Shown here: positions 9,629 through 17,362 of the stretch, piece after piece
Layout of the letters: each line of letters begins with the position of its first letter
How positions within the stretch are numbered: the first letter of the stretch is position 1
From: Gammaproteobacteria bacterium
GTDB taxonomy: Bacteria; Pseudomonadota; Gammaproteobacteria; Steroidobacterales; Foliamicaceae
Reading direction: 5' to 3'
DNA length: 64,000 nucleotides
Assembly (NCBI GenBank): GCA_963665145.1
Contig: OY762064.1
Coordinates: forward strand, 194,403 to 258,402
Notes under the pieces: generated by a model
The model's input: the letters and a program-made list of their open reading frames with translations, nothing else
What the model was told of the DNA's origin: nothing
Database searches by the model: none
Position numbers and translations under genes: made by a program

Positions 9629-10231
9629 TCAGTTCTCCTGGTTCTCGCCGGAGGGCTCGGCCGCAGCTTCTTCTTCGATGTCGGTAACCAGTTCCTCAAT
9701 GGCTTCGGCTTCTTCGTCTTCGGGAGGCACCGGCAATGGCGTCGTCTGGCCGAAATGCGCTCGAACGGCCGCTTGCGTGGCTTCATCCAACCGGTAGACG
9801 CCGGTTACCGAGATCGGGAAACGGTCGAATGAGCCGTCACTGATCTGCAAGCGCTCACCGGGGTTGCCGCAGATCCTGCCGGTAGTCGAACGAAACTGCA
9901 ATCCGTATGCGTGGCGAAGGCTCATGGACGGCGGTGAGACCTCGACATGGTAAGTGCGACGGCGTCCGTCGAAGACCAGAAGGTTGGACTCATCGAGCAC
10001 TTCGAAGTTGTCGATGCTCCGCTGGAAGAAGCAGTCCGAGCTTGCCGCATCGTGCTGGAAGCGGGCGAATTTTGAGGGTCGGTCGGCAGGGGACCTTTCG
10101 CTGCCCGCGGTGGTGCAGGAAATCAGTAGTGCTCCAGTCAACGCCACGATGGCCGCGCTCCTGGCTACTGCCAGGCATAGTCTTGGCAAGGGCAGGAGGC
10201 CCTCGTTCCCAATTTCGGTTCGCATTCTCAT
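9629..10231 (-). CDS. lipoprotein of unknown function (DUF6491-like) with acidic C-terminal tail
   Basis: Start chosen at ATG 10231, which overlaps the sseA stop by 1 nt (TGATG). Lipobox 'ALLISC'. The 'RTYHVEV...GRICGN' pattern matches the family as I recall it. The tail 'PPEDEEAEAIEELVTDIEEEAAAE' is acidic. Confidence 0.6.
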   Translation of the reverse strand: MRMRTEIGNEGLLPLPRLCLAVARSAAIVALTGALLISCTTAGSERSPADRPSKFARFQHDAASSDCFFQRSIDNFEVLDESNLLVFDGRRRTYHVEVSPPSMSLRHAYGLQFRSTTGRICGNPGERLQISDGSFDRFPISVTGVYRLDEATQAAVRAHFGQTTPLPVPPEDEEAEAIEELVTDIEEEAAAEPSGENQEN

Positions 10232-11094
10232 CACGCAACTCCTCCGGGCTCCGAACCGCGCGCCACCGGCCGGGTATCCGATTGGGACCATTCGCTCCAG
10301 GACCCGGTATAGAGGGCAGCGCCGGGCAAGCCGGCCAATTCCATCGCGAACAGGTCATGGCAGGCGGTAACTCCCGAACCGCACATGACGCAGGCCGCGG
10401 ACGGTTCCGCGCCGTCCAGCAGCCTGAGGTATCGCCGGCGCAGTTCGGCTGGTGGAAGGAACCTGCCATTGGCGTCCAGGTTCTCGCGGAAAAATGCGTT
10501 GACCGCTCCCGGTACATGGCCTGCCTGGGCATCCAATGGCTCCGAAAGGCCCTGGTAGCGCGCAGCGTCGCGGGCATCCAGCATGCGCATGTCGCCGCTC
10601 AGCGCGGCGCGCTCCACTTCCGTCAGATTCACGACCGGCCGGCAATGGCCCCCTACCGCGTAATTCGTTGTCCGGATGGCTGGTTCCGTGGTCTCCAGCG
10701 GCCTGTTTTCCGCCTCCCAGGCCTGTAGCCCACCGTCGAGCAGCCCGGCCCGCTCGTGTCCAACCCAGTTCAGCATCCACCACAAGCGCCCGGCGATGGC
10801 GCAGCCCAGGTTGTCATATGCGACGACCAAAGTATCCGGAGTGATTCCCCAGCTGCCGAGGGTCGCTGCGAAATCCGCCGGGTCCGGTAAGGGATGGCGC
10901 CCGCCTCCCCCTGATGTCTCCCCGGCAAGGTCGCTGTCGAGGTCCGCATACGGAGCGCCGGGAATGTGACTTTCGGTCCAAAGCGCCCGTCCGCCCGCAG
11001 GATTCATCAGGTCGAAACGGCAATCGACCGCCCTTGCCTCGCCCGCCTCAATTGCGGACTGCAGCTCCGACGGCGTGATCAACAAGGCGGCCAT
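10231..11094 (-). CDS. sseA: 3-mercaptopyruvate/thiosulfate sulfurtransferase (tandem rhodanese)
   Basis: 287 aa with the active-site loop 'CGSGVTACH' and two rhodanese halves. The start abuts the etfA stop (TAGATG). Confidence 0.85.
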   Translation of the reverse strand: MAALLITPSELQSAIEAGEARAVDCRFDLMNPAGGRALWTESHIPGAPYADLDSDLAGETSGGGGRHPLPDPADFAATLGSWGITPDTLVVAYDNLGCAIAGRLWWMLNWVGHERAGLLDGGLQAWEAENRPLETTEPAIRTTNYAVGGHCRPVVNLTEVERAALSGDMRMLDARDAARYQGLSEPLDAQAGHVPGAVNAFFRENLDANGRFLPPAELRRRYLRLLDGAEPSAACVMCGSGVTACHDLFAMELAGLPGAALYTGSWSEWSQSDTRPVARGSEPGGVA

Positions 11095-12045
11095 CTACGA
11101 ACTCTCCACCGCGGCCTGGATTTCCGGGACGATGGAAAACAGGTCGCCCACCAGGCCGATGTCGGCGATCTCGAAAATAGGGGCTTCGGGATCCTTGTTG
11201 ATCGCCACGATCACGCCGGCGTCCTTGATCCCGGTCAGGTGCTGTATGGCGCCGGAAATGCCGATGGCGAAATACAAGTCCGGGGCAATAATCTTGCCGG
11301 TCTGTCCGACCTGCATGTCATTCGACACGTAGCCGGCGTCCACTGCGGCGCGGGATGCACCCACCGCGGCGCCGATCCGGTCCGCCAGTTCATAGAGCAG
11401 GGAGAAATTCTCGGCGCTTCCCAGCGCGCGGCCTCCGGAGACGACGACACTGGCGCTTTGCAGGTCCGGCCTCTCCGAGTCGCCGGTCTTCAGTTCGATC
11501 CAGCGTGTGTGCTGCGGCAACTCGACGTCCAGTTGCACGTTCTCGACAGTTCCCTGGCTTCCTTCGTCGGCGGCCGGCCAGGAGGCCAGCCGGGCCGTGG
11601 CGACAACGATGTGATCCGCGGGCGCTTCGACGGTAAGCACGCCGTTTCCCGCATAAATCGGGCGCTTGAACCGCTGTTCGCCTTCCACGCTCATGATGTC
11701 GCTGACCTGGGGGGCGCCCAGCAATGCGGCAAGGCGCGGCATCAGGTCCTTGCCGAAGGTCGTGGAGGGGCCCAGAACGTGGCTGTAGCCCTCGCCTGCC
11801 AGCGCAGCCAGCTGCACCGCCTGGATCGCAGCGACGGGATTGGCGTTCTCCGGGCGATCCACGCACAGAACACGCGCCACGCCGGCTATACGCGCGGCTT
11901 GTTGTGCAATGCCGTCGCAATCCTGCCCAAGGACCGCGACATCCACGCCCTGCGGATTGATCGAAAGGGCGCAATTGGCGACTCTCGCAACACCCGCATG
12001 CAGGTCCTGTCCATCGTGTTCGGCTACGACCAACACTCTGTTCAT
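11095..12045 (-). CDS. etfA: electron transfer flavoprotein alpha subunit
   Basis: 316 aa with the C-terminal FAD-binding block '[37 protein letters not shown]'. Confidence 0.92.
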   Translation of the reverse strand: MNRVLVVAEHDGQDLHAGVARVANCALSINPQGVDVAVLGQDCDGIAQQAARIAGVARVLCVDRPENANPVAAIQAVQLAALAGEGYSHVLGPSTTFGKDLMPRLAALLGAPQVSDIMSVEGEQRFKRPIYAGNGVLTVEAPADHIVVATARLASWPAADEGSQGTVENVQLDVELPQHTRWIELKTGDSERPDLQSASVVVSGGRALGSAENFSLLYELADRIGAAVGASRAAVDAGYVSNDMQVGQTGKIIAPDLYFAIGISGAIQHLTGIKDAGVIVAINKDPEAPIFEIADIGLVGDLFSIVPEIQAAVESS

Positions 12046-12054
12046 ACGATCACC

Positions 12055-12807
12055 TCAGCCCAGGAATCCACGTTCCCGCAGCATTCCCACCAGGGCGGGC
12101 ACATCTTCAACCACTACGCCCTTCTGGCGCTGTTCGGGCGGTTCGTAAGCCACCGGTTCAAGCCGCGGCGGCGCGGCCAGGCCGAGCTCGTCGGCCGACA
12201 GCGTTTCCAGCGGTTTGCGCCGGGCTTTCATGATGTCCGGCAGCTTGATATAGCGGGGTTCGTTCAGTCGCAGGTCGGTCGTGATGACCGCAGGCAAGTC
12301 GACTTCAAGCACCTCCAGGCCCGCATCCACCTCGCGGGTTACGCGGGCGGTATCGCCGTTCAATTGCACTTCAGATGCGAACGTGGCCTGCGGGCGCCCC
12401 CAGAGCGTGGCGAGCATCTGGCCGGTCTGGCTGCAGTCGTCATCGATCGCCTGCTTACCCATGATGACGATATCGGGCTCCTCGCGCCGAACGATTTCCA
12501 GCAGAATGCCGGCGACCGCCAGCGGCTCCACGTCACCTTCGCTCTTGACCAGTAGCGCGCGGTCGGCTCCCATCGCCAGCCCGGTGCGAAGCTGTTGCTG
12601 GCATTCGTCGCCGCCAATCGTGACCGCCAGAATTTCGCCGGCCTCGCCGCGTTCGCGCATCCGAAGTGCTTCTTCCAGGGCGATCTCGTCGAACGGGTTG
12701 ATGCTCATCTTCAGGCCCTCGGTAGCCATGCCGCTGCCGTCGGGCTTGACCCGCACGCGGACGTTGTAGTCCACGACGCGTTTGAGCGTAACCATGATCT
12801 TGCGCAT
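12055..12807 (-). CDS. etfB: electron transfer flavoprotein beta subunit
   Basis: 'MRKIMVTLKRVVDYNVRVRVKPDGSG' is a canonical EtfB N-terminus. Start set at ATG 12807 (250 aa). The longer track ORF (to 12957) reads through the REP-like repeat. Confidence 0.9.
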   Translation of the reverse strand: MRKIMVTLKRVVDYNVRVRVKPDGSGMATEGLKMSINPFDEIALEEALRMRERGEAGEILAVTIGGDECQQQLRTGLAMGADRALLVKSEGDVEPLAVAGILLEIVRREEPDIVIMGKQAIDDDCSQTGQMLATLWGRPQATFASEVQLNGDTARVTREVDAGLEVLEVDLPAVITTDLRLNEPRYIKLPDIMKARRKPLETLSADELGLAAPPRLEPVAYEPPEQRQKGVVVEDVPALVGMLRERGFLG

Positions 12808-12877
12808 CTTGCCGCGAACTCTCCGCTGTCGATCGGGAACGGCGAATTCTAACCCGTCCGACGCGCGGCCGTCTCCT

Positions 12878-12955
12878 GGGAACGAGGGCTTCCGGCCCTC
12901 GACGAGGACAGGATTTTCTCGCTCCCGGCGTCGAGGGCCGGAAGCCCTCGTTCCC
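12878..12955. repeat. REP-like perfect inverted repeat (27-bp arms, 24-nt loop)
   Basis: Arm 1 is 12878-12904 (GGGAACGAGGGCTTCCGGCCCTCGACG). Arm 2 at 12929-12955 is its exact reverse complement. The element lies in the divergent intergenic region upstream of etfB. Confidence 0.85.
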
Positions 12956-12998
12956 AAGTAGCGTTAGACTATGCGCCGGATTATTGGAGGGAATGCTC

Positions 12999-13751
12999 AT
13001 GACTGGAGCTGAAGGCGATCTCGGCCACACGATCTGGCTGATTCTTCACTTGGTGCTGTTTGCTTACTGGCTGGGGGGCGACATCGGCGTGTTTTATTCC
13101 ACCCGAATGATTCTCAACCGCTCGAACACTCCGGACCAGAGGTTCATGGCATCGCGCATCATGCTGTGGATCGACCTCTTGCCGCGCCTGTGTCTTAGCA
13201 TGATGCTCACCGTGGGGGGCATTCTCTCGGAATACGTAGGCGTATCTCATCCGCTTTGGCAATATGTAATGATCGTCGTGCTGGGCCCGGTCTGGTTTAC
13301 CGTGCTGCTGATCATGCATTTCAAGCACAACGCCAGCTTCATGCCCATGCTGACCAAGCTGGATCTGTGGTTCCGCTGGTTCCTTATTTTCGCTATCGTG
13401 GCTTCCGTTTGGTGGTCCGTCTCCACCGGACGGCTGGACAGCGCGCCCTGGCTCGCACCCAAGCTGATCATTTTTGCGCTCCTGGTTCTGTGCGGCGTCA
13501 TGATTCGGCTCTTTATTCCCGGGTTCATCGCCGGCGTCAGAGCGCTGAGCCAGGGCTCGATTACCGAAGAGCAGGACGACGCGATGAAGCGCAGCATCCA
13601 TCGGGTGCGGCCCTGGGTGTTTGGGATCTGGGCCGGTTTGATTGTGGAAGCCTTCCTGGGAATCTTCAAACCCGGCGCCCCGGCAGCCGCGGAAGCCGTA
13701 GGCAACCTCATGCATACCCTCCAGGGCATTGCCGTTCCGCTTTTCGGGTAG
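12999..13751 (+). CDS. polytopic membrane protein of unknown function (paralog of 30153-30818)
   Basis: Multiple hydrophobic segments. GGAGG lies 8 nt upstream of ATG 12999. The N-terminal 'IWLILHLVLFAYWLGGDIGVF' parallels 'LLVIHIAVLGYWLGAEFVI' of the other copy. Confidence 0.7.
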   Translation: MTGAEGDLGHTIWLILHLVLFAYWLGGDIGVFYSTRMILNRSNTPDQRFMASRIMLWIDLLPRLCLSMMLTVGGILSEYVGVSHPLWQYVMIVVLGPVWFTVLLIMHFKHNASFMPMLTKLDLWFRWFLIFAIVASVWWSVSTGRLDSAPWLAPKLIIFALLVLCGVMIRLFIPGFIAGVRALSQGSITEEQDDAMKRSIHRVRPWVFGIWAGLIVEAFLGIFKPGAPAAAEAVGNLMHTLQGIAVPLFG

Positions 13752-13754
13752 TCA

Positions 13755-14342
13755 ATGCCGCAACCTCAATTGCCGCGCATCGCTCCGGAGGACATGCCGG
13801 AGCATATCCGGCGTGGCTGGGAACGGTCCATGGCCCTGCGCGGGGATGCCACCTGGTTTGAGGTCATGGCGCATGCACCGGAGCTGTACGACTGGTACGG
13901 AGAGTTCTATGAGCGCTTGTTCCGCAGCGGCCGGGTTGAGCGGGTCATCAAGGAACTGGCCCGCTTGCGCCTTTCCACCACCCACGGCTGCCGTTTCTGC
14001 AACCAGGGCAATCGTCCCGATGCGCTGGAAGCGGGGGTGGCCCAGGAGCAGATCGACCAGCTGGACGAATACGAAAGTGGCCCGTTCTCCGAACGCGAGC
14101 GGGCCGCACTGGCGCTTGCCGATCAGATGGTGCTGACCAATCCTTCCGGCACACTGGATGCCGCCTTGCACGAGAGGCTGAAGAAGCACTTCGATCCGGC
14201 GGAGATCATGGAACTGGGCATGGTCATGGCGGTGCTGACCGGCATGGCCAAGATGCTGTTTACCTTCGACCTGGTGGAAAAGGAAAACAACTGCCCGTTT
14301 CCGGCGTCGAGGGCTGGGAGCTCTCGTTCCCAGGGGGGTTAG
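13755..14342 (+). CDS. carboxymuconolactone decarboxylase (AhpD-like) family protein
   Basis: 195 aa. 'RLRLSTTHGCRFCNQG' carries the CxxC of the AhpD/CMD fold. The last ~13 codons run through a copy of the REP-like element. Confidence 0.75.
   Translation: MPQPQLPRIAPEDMPEHIRRGWERSMALRGDATWFEVMAHAPELYDWYGEFYERLFRSGRVERVIKELARLRLSTTHGCRFCNQGNRPDALEAGVAQEQIDQLDEYESGPFSERERAALALADQMVLTNPSGTLDAALHERLKKHFDPAEIMELGMVMAVLTGMAKMLFTFDLVEKENNCPFPASRAGSSRSQGG
14305..14331. repeat. third (single-arm) copy of the REP-like element
   Basis: CGTCGAGGGCTGGGAGCTCTCGTTCCC matches arm 2 of the 12.9-kb palindrome at 24/27 positions, and both copies are preceded by CCGG. Confidence 0.7.
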
Positions 14343-14902
14343 AAGCTGGAGTCGGGCTCCTTTAGGAATTCCAGTTCTTCGGGCGTTGATCTGCGCCCCA
14401 GCGCTTCGTTGCGGTGCGGGAAGCGTCCGAAGCGCTCGATGATCACCAGGTGTTTGCGGGCCCATTCCACGTCTTCGCCGACGGGGTCCAGGCGTTCTGC
14501 CATTAGCTTCAGACAAAGCCGCTGGTCCCCAAGGTCCTCGCTGTGCTCGAAGGGCAGGTACAGGAACTTGCGCATTTCCCGCGTGACGCCGTCTTGAAGA
14601 TCCAGGCCCGAATCCACCGCGTGCCGGGCTATCTCAAGGGCCTGCCCGTCAGTGGCGAAGGCGCGGGCGTCGTCCCGGAACAGGTTTCGCGGAAACTGGT
14701 CCAGAAGCAGGCATAAGGCTACGCAACCCGTCCCGCTGTCCCGCCACTGATCGTACCTTCCCTGAGCTGCGGCCTGGCAATCGGCAAGGAAACGCCGGCG
14801 GATGGTTTGATCGAACTCGTCGTTTTTTGCAAACCAGAATTCCGGTCCGGAATCCTCGAACCAGAACGTAAGCAGCTCCTGCTGCAGGCCCGCAGGCGTC
14901 AA
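14339..14902 (-). CDS. DUF924 family protein
   Basis: 187 aa. 'WFAKNDEFDQTIRRRF', 'LLLDQFPRNLFR' and 'IIERFGRFPHRN' are hallmark DUF924 blocks. The TTG start overlaps the upstream stop (TTGA). Confidence 0.8.
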   Translation of the reverse strand: MTPAGLQQELLTFWFEDSGPEFWFAKNDEFDQTIRRRFLADCQAAAQGRYDQWRDSGTGCVALCLLLDQFPRNLFRDDARAFATDGQALEIARHAVDSGLDLQDGVTREMRKFLYLPFEHSEDLGDQRLCLKLMAERLDPVGEDVEWARKHLVIIERFGRFPHRNEALGRRSTPEELEFLKEPDSSF

Positions 14903-15918
14903 GCGAAGCGCACCAGGGCCTTACCCACGTTCTTGCCGCGCATGAGCCGGCAGAACGCATCCGGGGCCATCTCTATGCCCTCCGCAACATCCTCGCGATA
15001 ACGAATCCGGCCTTCCTTGAGCCAGCGAGTGCAGGCCCGCAGAAAGTCCTGCTGCTTGTCCTCGTGGTCATACACCACCAGGCCGCGGACCGTGGCCCGG
15101 GCCATTACCAGGGGAATCAGGCTGGGGCCCGGCGGCGGAGGCCCGGTGTTGTTGTAACCGCTCATCATGCCGCACAGCACAACGCGCGCGCCCAGGGCCA
15201 GCTGGCCCATCGCCGCGGTCAGAACGTCTCCTCCCACGTTATCGAAATAGATATCGATTCCGTCGGGACAGGCTTGTTTCAGGTTCTCGCCCAGGTCCCC
15301 GGTCTTGTAATCGACACATTCCTCAAAGCCGAACTCTTCGGTCACGATCCCGCACTTCTCCGGACCGCCGGCAATCCCTACCGCACGGCAGCCGGCAATT
15401 CGCGCCAGCTGCCCGACCATGCAACCCACCGGGCCGCATGCCGCCGAAACCAGGACGGTCTCGCCGGGCATGGGCTCGCCCAGATGCAGCAGACCCGCCC
15501 AGGCAGTCAGTCCCGGCATCCCGAGTATCCCGATCGCCGTGCTGACGGGCGCCGCGTCCGGATCCAGCTTGCGCAAATCGATCGCGCCGGTGCTGAGACC
15601 GTATTCCTGCCAGCCATTGGAGCAGACCGCGATGTCGCCCGGAGAGAAATCCGGATGACGCGATTCCACGACCTGCGCAACCGTGCGTCCGGGCATTACG
15701 CTCCCGGGGCCTACTTTTTCCGCGTACAGGTGACGCCCGGAAATGACCCCGCGCAGATAGGGATCGAGTGACAGGTACAGCGTGCGGGAGAGAAATTCTC
15801 CGTCCGCCGGCCTTTCGATCGGTCCTTCGGACAGCTCAAAGTCCGAAGTCTCGGGTACGCCTTCGGGGAAGCGGCGAAGCAGTACCTGCCGCTGGGTGCC
15901 CGGTAGGTCCGGACTCAA
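14899..15918 (-). CDS. NADP-dependent alkenal/one oxidoreductase (MDR family, YncB/CurA-like)
   Basis: 339 aa. 'LSLDPYLRG' and 'VLVSAACGPVGCMVGQLARIAGC' match the nucleotide-binding motif of the PTGR/YncB subgroup. The TTG start overlaps the peroxiredoxin stop (TTGA). Confidence 0.85.
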   Translation of the reverse strand: MSPDLPGTQRQVLLRRFPEGVPETSDFELSEGPIERPADGEFLSRTLYLSLDPYLRGVISGRHLYAEKVGPGSVMPGRTVAQVVESRHPDFSPGDIAVCSNGWQEYGLSTGAIDLRKLDPDAAPVSTAIGILGMPGLTAWAGLLHLGEPMPGETVLVSAACGPVGCMVGQLARIAGCRAVGIAGGPEKCGIVTEEFGFEECVDYKTGDLGENLKQACPDGIDIYFDNVGGDVLTAAMGQLALGARVVLCGMMSGYNNTGPPPPGPSLIPLVMARATVRGLVVYDHEDKQQDFLRACTRWLKEGRIRYREDVAEGIEMAPDAFCRLMRGKNVGKALVRFA

Positions 15919-16397
15919 AGCTGTTCCAGCGCCGCTTCAGCCGAAGAACAGCTCAGTCCACCGCCCTCTTCCACGTTCAGTTCGGTAACCACTCCGTCCT
16001 CCACGACTATGGAGAATCTCTGGCCACGCATTCCCATTCCAAATCCCGAGGCGTCCAGTTCAAGTCCCAGCGCCCGGGTGTAGTCTCCGTTGCCGTCGGC
16101 CAGCATCATTACGGAGTCTCCTGCGCCGCCGGCGCGGCCCCAGGCATCCATCACGAATACGTCGTTGACCGCCATGCAGGCGATCTGGTCAATACCCTTG
16201 GCATGCAGGGCATCGGCGTTATTGACGTAGCCTGGAAGATGCTCATTGGAGCATGTCGGAGTGAACGCTCCCGGAACCGAAAACAGGACGACTTTCTTCC
16301 CTTTGAACAGGTCGCCGGCGGAAATGTGCCCGGGACCGCTGCCCGTCATGATGCCGAATCCGCCTTGTGGCATTGCCTGCCCTTTCTCGATGCTCAT
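15915..16397 (-). CDS. peroxiredoxin (Prx5-like / type II)
   Basis: 160 aa. 'VLFSVPGAFTPTCS' contains the peroxidatic Cys motif. Confidence 0.88.
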   Translation of the reverse strand: MSIEKGQAMPQGGFGIMTGSGPGHISAGDLFKGKKVVLFSVPGAFTPTCSNEHLPGYVNNADALHAKGIDQIACMAVNDVFVMDAWGRAGGAGDSVMMLADGNGDYTRALGLELDASGFGMGMRGQRFSIVVEDGVVTELNVEEGGGLSCSSAEAALEQL

Positions 16398-16514
16398 ATT
16401 GATCCTCCCGGAATAAGAAAAAGAGGCGACATTCTAATCCAGGGCGCCATCTACGCCACACACTTGACCCGGGTCCGAAGCCCCTCCTCCCCGTCAACGG
16501 CATACAATCGCGCC

Positions 16515-17360
16515 ATGCGAATGTCGGCCGATGAGTTTCGTAAAGCGCGGAGGAAGTCCGTAACGCTGATGGGGATGTCCGGCGTGGGCAAAACCGTGCT
16601 GGCCAATCGCCTTCCGGCCACGCGTTGGTTCATTTACTCGGGGGACTACCGGATCGGCACCCAGTACCTGCGCGAGCCGATCCTGGACAATATCAAGCTC
16701 CGCGCCATGGAAGTGCCGTTTTTGCGGGACTTGTTGCGCAGCGACTCGATTTACATCGAGAGCAATATCACCGTGCAGAATCTCAGGCCGATCTCCACGT
16801 TCCTCGGCAAGCTGGGCGATTCCGAACAAGGCGGACTGTTGCTCAAGGAGTTTCGGCGGCGCCAGGAACTGCACCGCGACGCGGAATCCCGGGCCATGCG
16901 CGACGTCGCTTCGTTTATCGAGAAAGCCGAGCGAATTTACGGTTACAAGCATTTTGTGAACGACGCCGGCGGCAGCATCTGCGAGTTGGGCGATGCCGAC
17001 GCCCTGAAAACGCTGGTCCGGCACACGGTAATTCTCTACCTGGAAGCCTCCGCCGAAGATGAGGAAAAACTGGTGGAGCGGGCGCGCCGCGACCCCAAAC
17101 CGATGTACTACTCACCCGACTTCCTCAACCGCAGTCTTCCCGAATTCCTGGCCGAGTACAGACTGGACGATATGAGCAAGGCCAGGCCGGACGACTTTAC
17201 GCTGTGGGCGTTCCCAAGGCTCATTGCGCACCGTCGTCCCTTATACGCTCAATTGGCCAGGGAGCACGGCTACTCGGTGCCGGCCCGCGTGGCGCAGCAA
17301 GCGCGCTCCGAAGCCGACTTCGTGGACCTGGTTGCTGACGCTATCGCAGCAGGCAGCTGA
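16515..17360 (+). CDS. P-loop NTPase (shikimate-kinase-like AAA family), function unknown
   Basis: Start at ATG 16515 (MRMSADEF). Walker A is 'GMSGVGKT'. The upstream 249 codons of the track ORF are antisense to the peroxiredoxin gene and were discarded. Confidence 0.7.
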   Translation: MRMSADEFRKARRKSVTLMGMSGVGKTVLANRLPATRWFIYSGDYRIGTQYLREPILDNIKLRAMEVPFLRDLLRSDSIYIESNITVQNLRPISTFLGKLGDSEQGGLLLKEFRRRQELHRDAESRAMRDVASFIEKAERIYGYKHFVNDAGGSICELGDADALKTLVRHTVILYLEASAEDEEKLVERARRDPKPMYYSPDFLNRSLPEFLAEYRLDDMSKARPDDFTLWAFPRLIAHRRPLYAQLAREHGYSVPARVAQQARSEADFVDLVADAIAAGS

Positions 17361-17362
17361 AC

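Noticed and set aside
10966-12555. 529-aa plus-strand ORF
   Set aside because: It is antisense to sseA, etfA and etfB, all of which have unmistakable motifs. It is a low-complexity shadow ORF.
15768-16514. N-terminal 249 codons of the 530-aa track ORF
   Set aside because: This part is antisense to the YncB-like and peroxiredoxin genes. The recognisable P-loop protein starts at ATG 16515.
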